A model generated the notes under the pieces. The model was not told where the DNA came from, ran no database searches, and saw nothing but the letters and a program-made list of their open reading frames with translations. This document shows, piece by piece, positions 1-10,090 of a stretch of DNA of 64,000 nt. Origin of the DNA: an uncultured Desulfatiglans sp. (lineage in GTDB: Bacteria > Desulfobacterota > DSM-4660 > Desulfatiglandales > HGW-15). The stretch is from positions 15,500 through 79,499 of the forward strand of contig CAYWRH010000002.1 of assembly GCA_964460435.1 (NCBI GenBank), written 5' to 3'. The stretch's first letter is position 1; every line of letters starts with the position of its first letter. The position numbers and the translations under genes are program-made.

Positions 1-183
1 GATTTCAATGAACTTGAGGCCCTGGAGCTCTATTGCAGCCAGTGCCGCAGGGCAGTGCCTGTAAGAAAGCATCTCCTTTTAGTCCTGCCAGAGGGAGATA
101 AATATGAATACAGGTGCCAGTACTGCGGCTCAAAGGTAGGGGATAAAATAGACAAAGGCGTCAGGATGAAGGGATTTTTTTAA
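1..183 (+). CDS. 3' end of a small zinc-ribbon protein (5' end outside window)
   Basis: Frame +1 is open from base 1 to TAA at 181-183. The translation ...LELYCSQCRRAVP...YEYRCQYCGSKVG... has two CxxC pairs. It is absent from the ORF track because no start lies in the window. Confidence 0.4.
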   Translation, partial: DFNELEALELYCSQCRRAVPVRKHLLLVLPEGDKYEYRCQYCGSKVGDKIDKGVRMKGFF

Positions 184-207
184 ACTATTCTTTAAAAGGA
201 GCTCAGA

Positions 208-1137
208 TTGGAAGAAAAGGAGATAATCATAATAGGTTCAGGCCCTGCCGGTTTAACTGCGGCAATCTACGCATCAAGATCGGGTTATGTACCACTTGTT
301 ATTGAAGGGGTTCCAAGCGGTGGACAGCTCCTTGTTACCACAGATGTGGAAAACTTTCCTGGCTTCCCGGAGGGTATTTCAGGCCCTGAGCTGATAGAAA
401 ACATGCGAAAACAGGCTGAAAGATTCGGCACACAGTTTGTTATGAAGGATGTAACCGCTGTGGACCTTAGCGTATACCCTTTCAGGGTAACAGCAGAAGA
501 TACAGAGTATCTTGCTAAAAGCCTTATCATAGCCACAGGCGCAAGGGCAAAATATCTTGACCACCCATCTATCGAAAAATTCAAGGGAAGGGGTATTTCA
601 GCATGCGCCACATGTGACGGGTTTTTCTTCAGGGACAGCATTGTCTTTGTAATAGGCGGGGGCGATACTGCCGCTGAGGAGGCCCTGTTTCTGGCCAGAT
701 TTGCAAAGGAGGTAACCATTGTCCACAGACGTGACAAGCTCCGGACCGAGAAATATGTACAGGAAAAGCTCTCAAAAAACCCGAAAATAAAGATCATCTG
801 GGATTCTGTTGTTGAGGATATACAGGGCTCTGAGGAAAAAGGCGTCGAAAAGATCATCCTTAAAAATCTCAAAACAGGCGTGGTCTCAGAACATAAGGCA
901 GACGGCATATTCATGGGTATTGGCAATGCGCCAGCCACAGAAATATTCAGGGGCCAGCTCACGCTTGATGATGCGGGCTATATTGTCTGCCATGACGGCG
1001 CAAAGACCAGCGTGAATGGGGTATTTGCAGCAGGGGATGTAAGAGACCCAATGTTCAGGCAGGCAGTGGCAGCTGCCGGCACAGGGTGCAAGGCGGCAAT
1101 CGAAGCAGAACGTTTTCTTGACAAAATGGGGGGATAA
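208..1137 (+). CDS. trxB: thioredoxin-disulfide reductase
   Basis: 309 aa. FAD-binding GSGPAGLTAA, redox-active CATCDG and NADPH-binding GGGDTAAEEA are present. TTG start is preceded by AAAGGAG. Confidence 0.95.
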   Translation: MEEKEIIIIGSGPAGLTAAIYASRSGYVPLVIEGVPSGGQLLVTTDVENFPGFPEGISGPELIENMRKQAERFGTQFVMKDVTAVDLSVYPFRVTAEDTEYLAKSLIIATGARAKYLDHPSIEKFKGRGISACATCDGFFFRDSIVFVIGGGDTAAEEALFLARFAKEVTIVHRRDKLRTEKYVQEKLSKNPKIKIIWDSVVEDIQGSEEKGVEKIILKNLKTGVVSEHKADGIFMGIGNAPATEIFRGQLTLDDAGYIVCHDGAKTSVNGVFAAGDVRDPMFRQAVAAAGTGCKAAIEAERFLDKMGG

Positions 1138-1161
1138 GTTATTTTTTGGGATATTTCAATG

Positions 1162-1231
1162 TGTTACAATATTTTCACAGATAGCATTCAGAGTTCTTTA
1201 TGTTGACAAAACAGCCACCGCATGCTAATTC
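1162..1231 (+). promoter_or_regulatory. candidate trxA promoter region (two alternatives)
   Basis: One option is an extended -10, TGtTACAAT, at 1162-1170. The other is TTGACA (1203-1208), a 17-nt spacer, then weak TAATTC (1226-1231). Both lie upstream of trxA at 1264. Confidence 0.3.
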
Positions 1232-1263
1232 ACCCTTTAATATTAATATGAAAGGAGCAGGAG

Positions 1264-1587
1264 ATGGGAAATATTCTTGAGGTTACTGATGCCAATTTCG
1301 AGGCGGAGATTATAAATGCCGAGACACCATCAATGGTTGACTTCTGGGCAGAATGGTGCGGCCCGTGTAAAAAGGTTGGGCCTGTTGTTGAAGAGCTGGC
1401 AGCTGAATACAAAGGCAAAATAAAGATTGTCAAGATGGATGTGGACAATAACAGGGAGACCCCTGCAAAATATGGCATCCGGAATATACCGACACTTATC
1501 TTTTTCAAGGGCGGAAAGGTGGTAAACACCATTGTAGGGGCTCAGCCTAAGAGCTCAATAGATGGAGAGCTTAAAAAGCTCCTGTAA
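1264..1587 (+). CDS. trxA: thioredoxin
   Basis: 107 aa with the WCGPC active site and typical thioredoxin length. An AGGAGCAGGAG RBS precedes the start. Confidence 0.95.
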   Translation: MGNILEVTDANFEAEIINAETPSMVDFWAEWCGPCKKVGPVVEELAAEYKGKIKIVKMDVDNNRETPAKYGIRNIPTLIFFKGGKVVNTIVGAQPKSSIDGELKKLL

Positions 1588-1664
1588 CTTTTCCACACAA
1601 TAGCAACAGGTGTTATCTTATAAATACAAATGAACGTCATACCGTTTTTTGGAAGAGTATTAAA

Positions 1665-2363
1665 ATGATGTCAAGACCCCTTCTCTTTATTAAATACCTT
1701 GTATTTATTTTATCACTTTTTATGATTGCCTCCGGCTGCGCTACCAAAAAGGCCCGCAAGATTGATGAAATGGGTCATGCGGAACTGCTTGAAAAAGGGC
1801 TGGCCCAATTGAAAAAAAGTGATTATGCAAATGCGCTTGCAAGCCTTCAGATGGTTAAGAACAGGTACCCTTATACAGACTCAGCCATTGTTGCATCGCT
1901 TAAGCTTGCTGATACCTATTATGAGCTTGGTGAATATGAATCCGCATATGATCTGTATAACGAATTTGACAGCTATCATCCAAAGGATGAGAATATCCCC
2001 TATGTAAAATACCGCAAGGGGATGTGCTATTTTACCAGGATAAAGGGCTTTGACCAGGAACAGACCTATGCCCAGAAGGCAAAGCTGGAGTTTGAAAGAC
2101 TTATTGCCCTGTTCCCTGATAATGAGTATTCAAAACAGGCGAGAAGGCACCTCAGGAGCTGCCTTATAAATCTTGCCCATTTTGAGGTCTACACAGGCAA
2201 CTTTTATTACAGGCAGAAAAATTACAGGGCAGCTCTCCAGAGATATTTATTTGCCCTGAAAAGCTACCCTGATGTAGGCCAGTATTATGAGGCCATTAAC
2301 AAGATCAGCATATGCAATATGAAGATCGCTGAAATGGAAAAAGAAAAACCGGCTGGCAATTAA
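1665..2363 (+). CDS. bamD: outer membrane protein assembly factor BamD (TPR lipoprotein)
   Basis: 232 aa. Signal peptide ends in lipobox IASGC. TPR-like repeats fit the YfiO/BamD pattern (ADTYYELGEYESA, YPDVGQYYEA). Confidence 0.8.
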   Translation: MMSRPLLFIKYLVFILSLFMIASGCATKKARKIDEMGHAELLEKGLAQLKKSDYANALASLQMVKNRYPYTDSAIVASLKLADTYYELGEYESAYDLYNEFDSYHPKDENIPYVKYRKGMCYFTRIKGFDQEQTYAQKAKLEFERLIALFPDNEYSKQARRHLRSCLINLAHFEVYTGNFYYRQKNYRAALQRYLFALKSYPDVGQYYEAINKISICNMKIAEMEKEKPAGN

Positions 2364-2370
2364 CTCACCA

Positions 2371-5007
2371 TTAACCGGCAATAATTTTATCAATTGATTC
2401 CAGGGCCTGAGCAAGTTTTTGCGGGTTACTGCCGCCGCCCTGGGCCATATCTGGCCTGCCGCCGCCCTTTCCTCCAACAAGCTCTGACATCTCATTTATG
2501 ATCTTCCCTGCATTATATCTCTTTGTAAGGTCATCCGTGACTGCGCATATGAGCATAACCTTTCCTTCGCTCTTTGAGCCCAGGACTATAATCCCGGATG
2601 CCAATTTTTCTCTTATCCTGTCCACATAATCGCGGAGCTCCTTTGGTGACGAGGCTTCAATCTCTTTGGCAAGCACCTTTATTCCGCCAGTCTCTTTCAA
2701 GCCTGAAAGGATATCACCTGATTCCCTTGAAATGATCTTTGCCTTGAGGGCTTCAATCTCGGCATCCTTCTGCTTCTGGTCTCTTAATAACTGATTTATT
2801 TTTTCTATTAGCTGATCCGGAGCAGTCTTTAACAATGCGGCAGCCTCTTTTATCTCATTATCCTGTGTCTGCGAAAAAAGAACAGCTGCTTTGCCGGTTA
2901 CAGCCTCAATCCTTCTGACATTGGCAGCCACTGCCCCCTCTGACACTATCTTGAAAAAGCCTATATTGCCTGTGCTGTGCGTATGGGTGCCCCCGCAGAG
3001 CTCCTTGCTTACTCCTTCTCCTACACTTACCACCCTGACATTTGCGCCATACCTCTCTTCAAATATGGCCATAGCACCTGTCTTTGATGCCTCTTCCCTT
3101 GTCATCACCTCTGTCGTAACAGGGTGATTATCCCTGATATGCATGTTTACAAGGGCCTCCACCTCCATGAGCTTTTCCTTTTCAACCTGGGCAAAATGGC
3201 TGAAATCAAAACGCAGCCGCTCAGCAGATACCTGCGACCCTGCCTGCTTGACATGATCTCCTATTATCTCCCTGAGGGCGCTGTGTAAAAGATGTGTAGC
3301 AGTATGGTTTGCCTGTATGGCCCTTCTTCTTTCATAATCCACGAGTGCGGTTATCTCATCACCTATTTTTACAATGCCGTCCGCCACTTTGCCTTTATGT
3401 ATAATAAGGTCAGTGCCTGCCTTTATGGTATCTGTGATCATGATCTTTACACTGCTGTTACTGAGCGTGCCCTGATCCCCGACCTGGCCGCCGCTTTCGC
3501 CATAAAAGGGGGTGGATTCAAGGACTATTTCCACAGCATCATTCGCCTTTGCCATAGATGCCTCCCTGCAATCAACAAGGATGGCAGATACCTTTGATTT
3601 ATATGGCTGTATCTGATCACGGATAAAAAGAGACCGGCAGCCGCCTGAGGCAAGCTTCTTGTAAACCTCCGGTATCTTCTCTTCCCCGCTCCCCTTCCAT
3701 GATTCCCTTGACTGGTTTTTCTGGGATGACATGGATTTTTCGTATGAATCCATATCGATAGTCAGCCCTTCATCCCTGGCAACATCCTGCACTATGTCAA
3801 GCGAGAGACCATAGGTGTCATAGAGCTTAAAGGCAAGCTCTCCGGGGATTACATTGCCCCTGCCGGACTTGATCCTTTCTATCTCATCGCTCAGTATCTT
3901 CATGCTGTAGAAGAGTGTGTCAGCAAACCTCTTTTCCTCATTAATTAGAACCCCTTTGATAAATGATCTTGACCCCTCAAGGTCTGTATAGTGGCCGCCC
4001 ATTGCATCTATCACACTCTCCGCAACGCTGTGAAAGAATGGGCCTTTAAATCCTAAAACCTGTCCATACCTGATGGCCCTGCGGATTATGCGCCTTAATA
4101 CATAGCCGCGCCCTTCATTTGAGGGCATAATGCCATCGCCTATAAGAAAGGCGGCTGCCCTTGCATGGTCTGAAATAACCCTGAAGGAGAGATCATATCT
4201 CTCATTATCGCCGTATTTTATGGAGGAAAGCTCCTGGATTCGGTTTATGGGCACACTGAAGATATCTGTATCATAATTGCTTTTTACGCCCTGGATAACC
4301 GCTGTTACCCTTTCAAGACCCATGCCTGTATCAATGTTGGGTTTTGGCAGCGGTGTGAGTTTGCCTGACGGGCTTCTGTCAAACTGGGTGAATACAAGGT
4401 TCCATATCTCCAGAAACCTGTCACAGTCGCATGCAGGGCCGCAGTCAGGCCTGCCGCAGCCAACAGATGCCCCCTGGTCAAAGTGTATCTCAGAACATGG
4501 GCCGCATGGGCCTGTGTCACCCATTGCCCAGAAATTATCCTTTTCACCGAGCCTTGTTATGCGCGAGGCAGGGATGCCTATCTTTTTTTCCCAGATATCA
4601 TGGGCCTCATCGTCATCCTTGTATATGGTGATATGCAGCCTATCCCTATCAAGCTTATAGCCCTCCATAAGCAGTTCCCATGCCCATGTAATGGCCTCCT
4701 CCTTGAAATAGTCGCCAAAGGAGAAATTGCCGAGCATCTCAAAAAAGGTGTGATGCCTTGCAGTATAGCCCACATTTTCAAGGTCATTGTGCTTTCCGCC
4801 TGCCCTTACGCACTTCTGGGAGGTGGCAGCCCTGGTGTAGCCCCTTTTTTCTTCCCCTAAAAAAAGCCCCTTGAACTGCACCATCCCGGCGTTTGTAAAC
4901 AGGAGGGTCGGATCATCCCTGGGGATAAGTGATGAACTTGCTACAATCTCGTGGCCCTTGCCCCTGAAAAAATCAAGGTACTTTGCTCTGATTTCCTTGT
5001 GATCCAT
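2371..5007 (-). CDS. alaS: alanine--tRNA ligase
   Basis: 878 aa. Class II AlaRS signature HHTFFEMLGNFSFGDYFK, editing-domain HTATHLLH and C-terminal GGKGGGRPDMAQGGG are all present. Confidence 0.97.
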   Translation of the reverse strand: MDHKEIRAKYLDFFRGKGHEIVASSSLIPRDDPTLLFTNAGMVQFKGLFLGEEKRGYTRAATSQKCVRAGGKHNDLENVGYTARHHTFFEMLGNFSFGDYFKEEAITWAWELLMEGYKLDRDRLHITIYKDDDEAHDIWEKKIGIPASRITRLGEKDNFWAMGDTGPCGPCSEIHFDQGASVGCGRPDCGPACDCDRFLEIWNLVFTQFDRSPSGKLTPLPKPNIDTGMGLERVTAVIQGVKSNYDTDIFSVPINRIQELSSIKYGDNERYDLSFRVISDHARAAAFLIGDGIMPSNEGRGYVLRRIIRRAIRYGQVLGFKGPFFHSVAESVIDAMGGHYTDLEGSRSFIKGVLINEEKRFADTLFYSMKILSDEIERIKSGRGNVIPGELAFKLYDTYGLSLDIVQDVARDEGLTIDMDSYEKSMSSQKNQSRESWKGSGEEKIPEVYKKLASGGCRSLFIRDQIQPYKSKVSAILVDCREASMAKANDAVEIVLESTPFYGESGGQVGDQGTLSNSSVKIMITDTIKAGTDLIIHKGKVADGIVKIGDEITALVDYERRRAIQANHTATHLLHSALREIIGDHVKQAGSQVSAERLRFDFSHFAQVEKEKLMEVEALVNMHIRDNHPVTTEVMTREEASKTGAMAIFEERYGANVRVVSVGEGVSKELCGGTHTHSTGNIGFFKIVSEGAVAANVRRIEAVTGKAAVLFSQTQDNEIKEAAALLKTAPDQLIEKINQLLRDQKQKDAEIEALKAKIISRESGDILSGLKETGGIKVLAKEIEASSPKELRDYVDRIREKLASGIIVLGSKSEGKVMLICAVTDDLTKRYNAGKIINEMSELVGGKGGGRPDMAQGGGSNPQKLAQALESIDKIIAG

Positions 5008-5025
5008 ATATAGAATAATCCTTTA

Positions 5026-6057
5026 TCATTCCTGAGTTTCAGACTCGTTCGCAGATTTTGCCTTCCAGATACCTGCCTTTTCCCTGACAAGATCAGATAT
5101 CCGGTTTAAAATATCCACATTTTCAGAGAGGAATTTTTTTACATTCTCCCTGCCCTGGCCAATCCTCTCACCTTCAAAGGAGTACCATGCACCGCTCTTT
5201 TCAACTATGCCCATATCAGCTCCAAGGTCAAGCACATCACCCTCCTTTGATATGCCATGCCCATAGATGATATCAAACTCAGCCTCCTTGAAGGGCGGGG
5301 CCACCTTGTTCTTTACCACCTTTACCTTGGTCCTGCTGCCTATTACATCGTTCCCCTCCTTTATGGCGCCTGTGCGGCGGATATCGAGCCGCTGGGTCGC
5401 ATAGAATTTAAGGGCATTACCGCCAGTGGTGGTTTCAGGGCTACCGAACATTACCCCTATCTTCATCCTGATCTGGTTGATAAATATTACGCATGTCTTT
5501 GATTTGCTTATGGTGGCTGTAAGCTTCCTTAATGCCTGTGACATGAGCCTCGCCTGAAGGCCCATATGCTGATCGCCCATATCGCCCTCAATCTCTGCCC
5601 TTGGCACAAGGGCCGCAACAGAGTCAATAACAAGCACATCAATGGCGCCGCTTCTTACAAGTATCTCCGCTATATCAAGCCCCTGCTCGCCTGTATCGGG
5701 CTGTGAAACAAGGAGGCTGTCAACATCTACCCCAAGATTTCTGGCATAGGCCATATCAAGGGCATGCTCTGCATCTATAAAGGCGACCATACCATCTCTC
5801 TTTTGTGCCTCTGCGGAGATATGCAGGGCAAGGGTGGTTTTGCCGGAGGATTCAGGGCCATATATCTCAACAACCCTTCCCCTTGGCACACCGCCTACCC
5901 CAAGGGCAAGGTCAAGGGCGAGGGAACCTGTGGGGATAGCAGGCACAGCAATGATATTATCATCGCTCATCTTCATAATGGAGCCCCTGCCAAACTGCCT
6001 TTCAATCTGGGAAATGGCCTGTTCAACCGCCTTGTTTCTTTCTAAAGTTTCCGCCAT
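5026..6057 (-). CDS. recA: recombinase RecA
   Basis: 343 aa. Walker [10 protein letters not shown], the FIDAEHALD motif and L2-loop region are present. Gene lies 18 nt upstream of alaS. No recX lies between them. Confidence 0.98.
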   Translation of the reverse strand: MAETLERNKAVEQAISQIERQFGRGSIMKMSDDNIIAVPAIPTGSLALDLALGVGGVPRGRVVEIYGPESSGKTTLALHISAEAQKRDGMVAFIDAEHALDMAYARNLGVDVDSLLVSQPDTGEQGLDIAEILVRSGAIDVLVIDSVAALVPRAEIEGDMGDQHMGLQARLMSQALRKLTATISKSKTCVIFINQIRMKIGVMFGSPETTTGGNALKFYATQRLDIRRTGAIKEGNDVIGSRTKVKVVKNKVAPPFKEAEFDIIYGHGISKEGDVLDLGADMGIVEKSGAWYSFEGERIGQGRENVKKFLSENVDILNRISDLVREKAGIWKAKSANESETQE

Positions 6058-6116
6058 AAATTACCCCCTTGTTATCTACATGTTTTTTTATAAAACAGTT
6101 AAATCGTCTTTATTAG

Positions 6117-6175
6117 CAAACAAAGATAAGATGACCTGTCAATGTAAGCCCATTCTTATACTACAAACAAAGATA
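6117..6175. repeat. perfect 12-bp direct repeat CAAACAAAGATA x2 in the recA upstream region
   Basis: Copies lie at 6117-6128 and 6164-6175, 47 bp apart. They bracket a minus-strand TTGACA (-35-like) element upstream of recA. Confidence 0.6.
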
Positions 6176-6180
6176 GAAAG

Positions 6181-6897
6181 TCAATACTTCCATTCCGCAT
6201 GACTTGCAGGCAGTTTATTGAGCTCTTTTTTCAATTGCGCCCAGTTTGGCAGGTATTTGTCAAGAAAATATAAAAATCTATCGTTATGGTGTCTTTCCAT
6301 AAAATGAACCATCTCATGCACAATGATATATTCAAGGCATTTTTCGGGTTTTTTAGCCAGTTCCAGATTAACCCATATCCTCTTTTTTTCAATATTACAT
6401 GATCCCCATCTGGTCTTCATATGACGGACCTGCCAGTCATTTACCTTTACATCCAGCCGTTTTTCCCATTTTTCAATTATTAAGGGCACCTGTTTTTTAA
6501 GTTCAGCCCGATACCATTCAGTTAATATTTCATGCCTCTTGGCTATAGATGCTCCGGGTCTTATAAAAAGGTTGATATGCCTCTTGTTTTTAATAATGAC
6601 CTTTGGTTGGGCATCAGTCTCAATGATATTTAACAGATACCTGTGCCCCTGGAAGTAATGGCTCTCCCTGTTCAGGTACTCCCTTTCCGGGAGTCTCTCC
6701 TGCCTCTCGAATTTCTGCCTGTTTCTCTTTATCCAGCCGATTTTTGAAATAATAAAGAGTCGGATAGTATCATCATTCACTTTATGCGGCGCTGCAATAC
6801 GCACCCTTCCTGCCGGAGGGTAAACTCCCAGGTGAATGTTCTTGATATCTTTACGAACAACATCAATCTTAAAATTGCTTACAGTAATCTGTCCCAT
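6181..6897 (-). CDS. M48/DUF45 (YgjP-like) zinc metallopeptidase
   Basis: 238 aa with an HExxH motif (IIVHEMVHFMERHH). Its start overlaps the hsdR stop as TAATG, indicating translational coupling. Confidence 0.8.
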   Translation of the reverse strand: MGQITVSNFKIDVVRKDIKNIHLGVYPPAGRVRIAAPHKVNDDTIRLFIISKIGWIKRNRQKFERQERLPEREYLNRESHYFQGHRYLLNIIETDAQPKVIIKNKRHINLFIRPGASIAKRHEILTEWYRAELKKQVPLIIEKWEKRLDVKVNDWQVRHMKTRWGSCNIEKKRIWVNLELAKKPEKCLEYIIVHEMVHFMERHHNDRFLYFLDKYLPNWAQLKKELNKLPASHAEWKY

Positions 6898-9800
6898 TAA
6901 TAGTCTTTCTGGTTTTTAACAATGTCGAATATTCTGGATACTTCAGCATCATCTTTTATCCCGTATCTATTTAATGCCTCAGAAATAGCATGCCGAACCG
7001 CCTTTGATTTCTGGAAGTGATCTCTCCACCCATCCTTTTTTGTAGCCATGATTCTTTTATCAAGTTCCTCAGCGATTTTTTCATTTTTCTCAAGGTTGTC
7101 ATATAAAGCCCGTTTAGCTTTCGTGTCCATTGAAAGCGGGTAGTCAGTTGCAGTATCCGGTTTTTTTATCTTCCCTGAAAGGGCAATGACCTCCTCAAGA
7201 TATTTTTCATATTCAATGGTGGCCTCTTTCCTTAGCCGGATGAGTTCCTTTAAAAGCACACTCATTTTTTCATAATATACCGGGTTGGTCGGGCTTTCCT
7301 CGATTATCAGCCTTCGCAGGTTATTTTCAATAACCTCAGCCATTGCATCTTTGTTATTTCTGATATTTGCGGGGAATTCTTTTATGGCATCCTTACCTCT
7401 TTCAATCAGTAATTCAACCAGACTCAAGTCATCAAAGTTGGCGAGCATCCGGCTTTCTTCTGCCCCAATATAGCTGTCTATCAGATGCCGCATTGCAGGC
7501 TCATACTGCTTTAAATCCACATAATCACCGCTTGCAAGCTGTATCTCCTTACGCAGGTTCTCAAAATGTTTAACATCATTTTTGATCTGCTCTGCTTCTC
7601 TATCTGAATAGCCCGCCTCTTTCATCTCATCCGCAATGTTTGCATATGCCCTGATAAGTGAAATGGTGTTTTTATACAAAGAGACGCGCCTGGGTTCAGT
7701 ATCTTTTAGCTCATCAGGGTTTTCAATATCCTTTCCGCAAAAGTAGCGTATATTGGAAATGGTGTCTTTTGGAGGATCAACAGCCTCACACAGCGCCTTT
7801 ATGGCCTCAAGGGCCTCATCCAGCCTTTCCTTCCCCTTTTGCAGGCGGTCCTTTAAAAGACCGTCAATATCTGTCTTTTCATACCCGCCAAAAACCTCAG
7901 AGGTATAATCCTTAAATGCCGCCTCAAGGCTCCTGAAAAGATCCATATAATCAATTATATATCCATACTCCTTGTCATCGCCATCAAGCCTGTTTACACG
8001 GCAGACCGCCTGAAAAAGCCCATGATCTCTCAGCTTTTTATCCAGATAAAGGTAGGTGGCCGGAGGCGCATCAAACCCGGTAAGGAGTTTATTAACTACA
8101 ATCAGCAATTTCATCTGTGCCGGTTCTTCCACAAACCTTTTCTTTACCTCCAGCTCAAACTGCTCCACCTTGTTTATTGCAGTTTCAGGGGATTCATTAA
8201 AATAGTCTGCCAGCATCTTTTGGTAAATCTCAAAACGCTGCAACCTTTCCGTATACCCTTCGCCTGATTCTTCCAGCTTTATGTCCCTGTGGGATGGCAC
8301 AAAAGATGTAACAATAGCGCACTCTTTTAATCCTGCGCTCTGGAACAAATCATAATAGCGGCAGGCATTATATATGCTGTCGGAAACCAGAATGGCATTT
8401 CCCCTGCCATTCTGTAAACGTTCCTTTCTTGCCATATCCAGCATAATATCCAGCACAATCTTTTCAAGCCGCGACTTCGAGCTGAACACCTTTTTCAAGG
8501 TGCCCCATTTCTGTTTCAGCTCTGTCCTGGCAAAATCACTAAGCCCTCTGGTTTTAAGATCAAACCATTCATCAATCCTTTCCGCTGATGTGATCTTCTG
8601 CTCTATATCCCTTGCCTCATAGCGTAAATCCAGCACTACCTTATCGTTAACAGCCTCATCAAATTTGTATGTATGGATGTATCTGCCAAAGGTCTCAAGG
8701 CTGGTCTGTTTGTCGGATTTTAATAATGGAGTGCCGGTAAAACCAATAAAAAGGGCATCAGGCAAAAACTGTTTCATTGCCTTATGGAGCTTGCCCGTTT
8801 GCGTTCTGTGACATTCATCAACAAAGACATATAGATCCCCTTTGGCCTTAAAGTTTGAAGGGATATTGTTTCGCAGTTCCTCCAGATAGGCATCCACATC
8901 TCTGTCATCAACCTCCTCCTTGCCTCCAAATTTGTGAATGAGCGAGCACATCAAAAGAGGCGAATTGTCATTTAGCCTGTTAAGCAGGTCTTTTCCGCTT
9001 ATTGTCCGGTAGATTTTTTCATTAACGCCCTTAAATACCTTTTCAATCTGTTCATCCAGCTCATCCCGGTCAGTAATAATCAGCACCCTGGCATCAGGAT
9101 TATGTTCCCTAAGCCACCGGGTGAGCCACACCATGGTAAGGCTCTTGCCGCTTCCCTGTGTGTGCCAGATTATTCCACCCTCTTTACGTTTCACAAAATC
9201 CTGCGCCGCCTTGATTCCAAAATACTGGTTAGGCCGCGCAAGCTTCTTCTCTCCCCTGTCATAAACAATAAAATCATGGATCAGCTCAATAAACCTCTCC
9301 TTGTTAAGCAGTTCCACAATGTTTTTATCAAGGGGATAGTCATATTTGGAAGCCCTGTCACGGATGGACTTGGTGAGGTTAAGAAGGTAAGGATAGTCCC
9401 TGTTAAACTCTTCATTTACCTCTTTCCACTTGAGAAAGTATTTCTCTTTTGTGCCTACTGCCCCGTATTTAAGTCCCTCAACATCGTTGCCTGCCATGAT
9501 AAATTGTATTGTATTAAAGAAGGGCTTTATAAAGATATGCTTCTGGTTATCCAGGTTCTGCCTGATACCCTCGGAGATTGACACTGTGCTGCGTTTAAGT
9601 TCCAGAACCCCTAAAGCTATGCCGTTTACATATATAACAATATCAGGCCGCTTCTTATGAAAGCCCCTGATGGTGACCTCCTCTGCAATAGAAAAATCAT
9701 TTTCAAGCGGATGCTCCCAGTCAATGAGCCACACAGTTTTTTTATTCTGCCCGATATCAGGCAGGACATCCACGCCATAGCGGAGCATGGAATAAAGGTC

Positions 9801-10088
9801 TTTGTTAGCATCATACAAAGACCTGCTCTGGTCATTGGCTACATTTCTGAGTTCGTGGAGGGCCTTGCCTATAAGGTTTTCGCTGTAATACTTACGGTTA
9901 AGATATTCTCTCAGAATATCTTCTTCAATGTTGCTGTTCTCATCACGCTCTTTCCAGTTTCCGAGATAATTATATCCCAGTTCTTCATTAAGTAGCAGGA
10001 TTACCCTGTTTTGCGTTTCTCTCTCTTGTTTGCCGAGGTTTGATAATGGTGAATGGTGAGTTGTGAATGGTGAATTAGTTTTTATCAT
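6897..10088 (-). CDS. hsdR: Type I restriction endonuclease subunit R
   Basis: 1063 aa. Helicase motif I (HTQGSGKSLTMV) and DEAH-type motif II (VFVDECHRTQ) are present. The N-terminal GKQERETQNRV...SNIEE block is typical of this family. The first ~15 codons lie inside a GTGAATGG repeat arm. Confidence 0.95.
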   Translation of the reverse strand: MIKTNSPFTTHHSPLSNLGKQERETQNRVILLLNEELGYNYLGNWKERDENSNIEEDILREYLNRKYYSENLIGKALHELRNVANDQSRSLYDANKDLYSMLRYGVDVLPDIGQNKKTVWLIDWEHPLENDFSIAEEVTIRGFHKKRPDIVIYVNGIALGVLELKRSTVSISEGIRQNLDNQKHIFIKPFFNTIQFIMAGNDVEGLKYGAVGTKEKYFLKWKEVNEEFNRDYPYLLNLTKSIRDRASKYDYPLDKNIVELLNKERFIELIHDFIVYDRGEKKLARPNQYFGIKAAQDFVKRKEGGIIWHTQGSGKSLTMVWLTRWLREHNPDARVLIITDRDELDEQIEKVFKGVNEKIYRTISGKDLLNRLNDNSPLLMCSLIHKFGGKEEVDDRDVDAYLEELRNNIPSNFKAKGDLYVFVDECHRTQTGKLHKAMKQFLPDALFIGFTGTPLLKSDKQTSLETFGRYIHTYKFDEAVNDKVVLDLRYEARDIEQKITSAERIDEWFDLKTRGLSDFARTELKQKWGTLKKVFSSKSRLEKIVLDIMLDMARKERLQNGRGNAILVSDSIYNACRYYDLFQSAGLKECAIVTSFVPSHRDIKLEESGEGYTERLQRFEIYQKMLADYFNESPETAINKVEQFELEVKKRFVEEPAQMKLLIVVNKLLTGFDAPPATYLYLDKKLRDHGLFQAVCRVNRLDGDDKEYGYIIDYMDLFRSLEAAFKDYTSEVFGGYEKTDIDGLLKDRLQKGKERLDEALEAIKALCEAVDPPKDTISNIRYFCGKDIENPDELKDTEPRRVSLYKNTISLIRAYANIADEMKEAGYSDREAEQIKNDVKHFENLRKEIQLASGDYVDLKQYEPAMRHLIDSYIGAEESRMLANFDDLSLVELLIERGKDAIKEFPANIRNNKDAMAEVIENNLRRLIIEESPTNPVYYEKMSVLLKELIRLRKEATIEYEKYLEEVIALSGKIKKPDTATDYPLSMDTKAKRALYDNLEKNEKIAEELDKRIMATKKDGWRDHFQKSKAVRHAISEALNRYGIKDDAEVSRIFDIVKNQKDY
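10041..10085. repeat. GTGAATGG-type octamer array (downstream arm of the degenerate 4HB cassette)
   Basis: The sequence ttgataatggtgaatggtgagttgtgaatggtgaattag matches 11624-11659. It overlaps hsdR codons 2-16. Confidence 0.8.
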
Positions 10089-10090
10089 TT

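Noticed and set aside
285-962. A 225-aa ORF antisense to trxB. Similar long antisense ORFs occur at 18655-19167, 29114-29620, 44985-45407 and 46959-47609.
   Set aside because: Each lies fully inside a confidently identified gene on the other strand. Each has low-complexity Ser/Pro/Leu-rich composition typical of shadow frames. I see no motifs or RBS support.
2363-2371. Convergent gene pairs separated by only 4-7 bp (bamD/alaS here, rsmE/GNAT at 33369-33374, bioB/PCP gene at 43263-43271) with no room for terminators.
   Set aside because: This is real in the sequence but is a common feature of compact genomes. Without transcript data there is no evidence of functional antisense interference.
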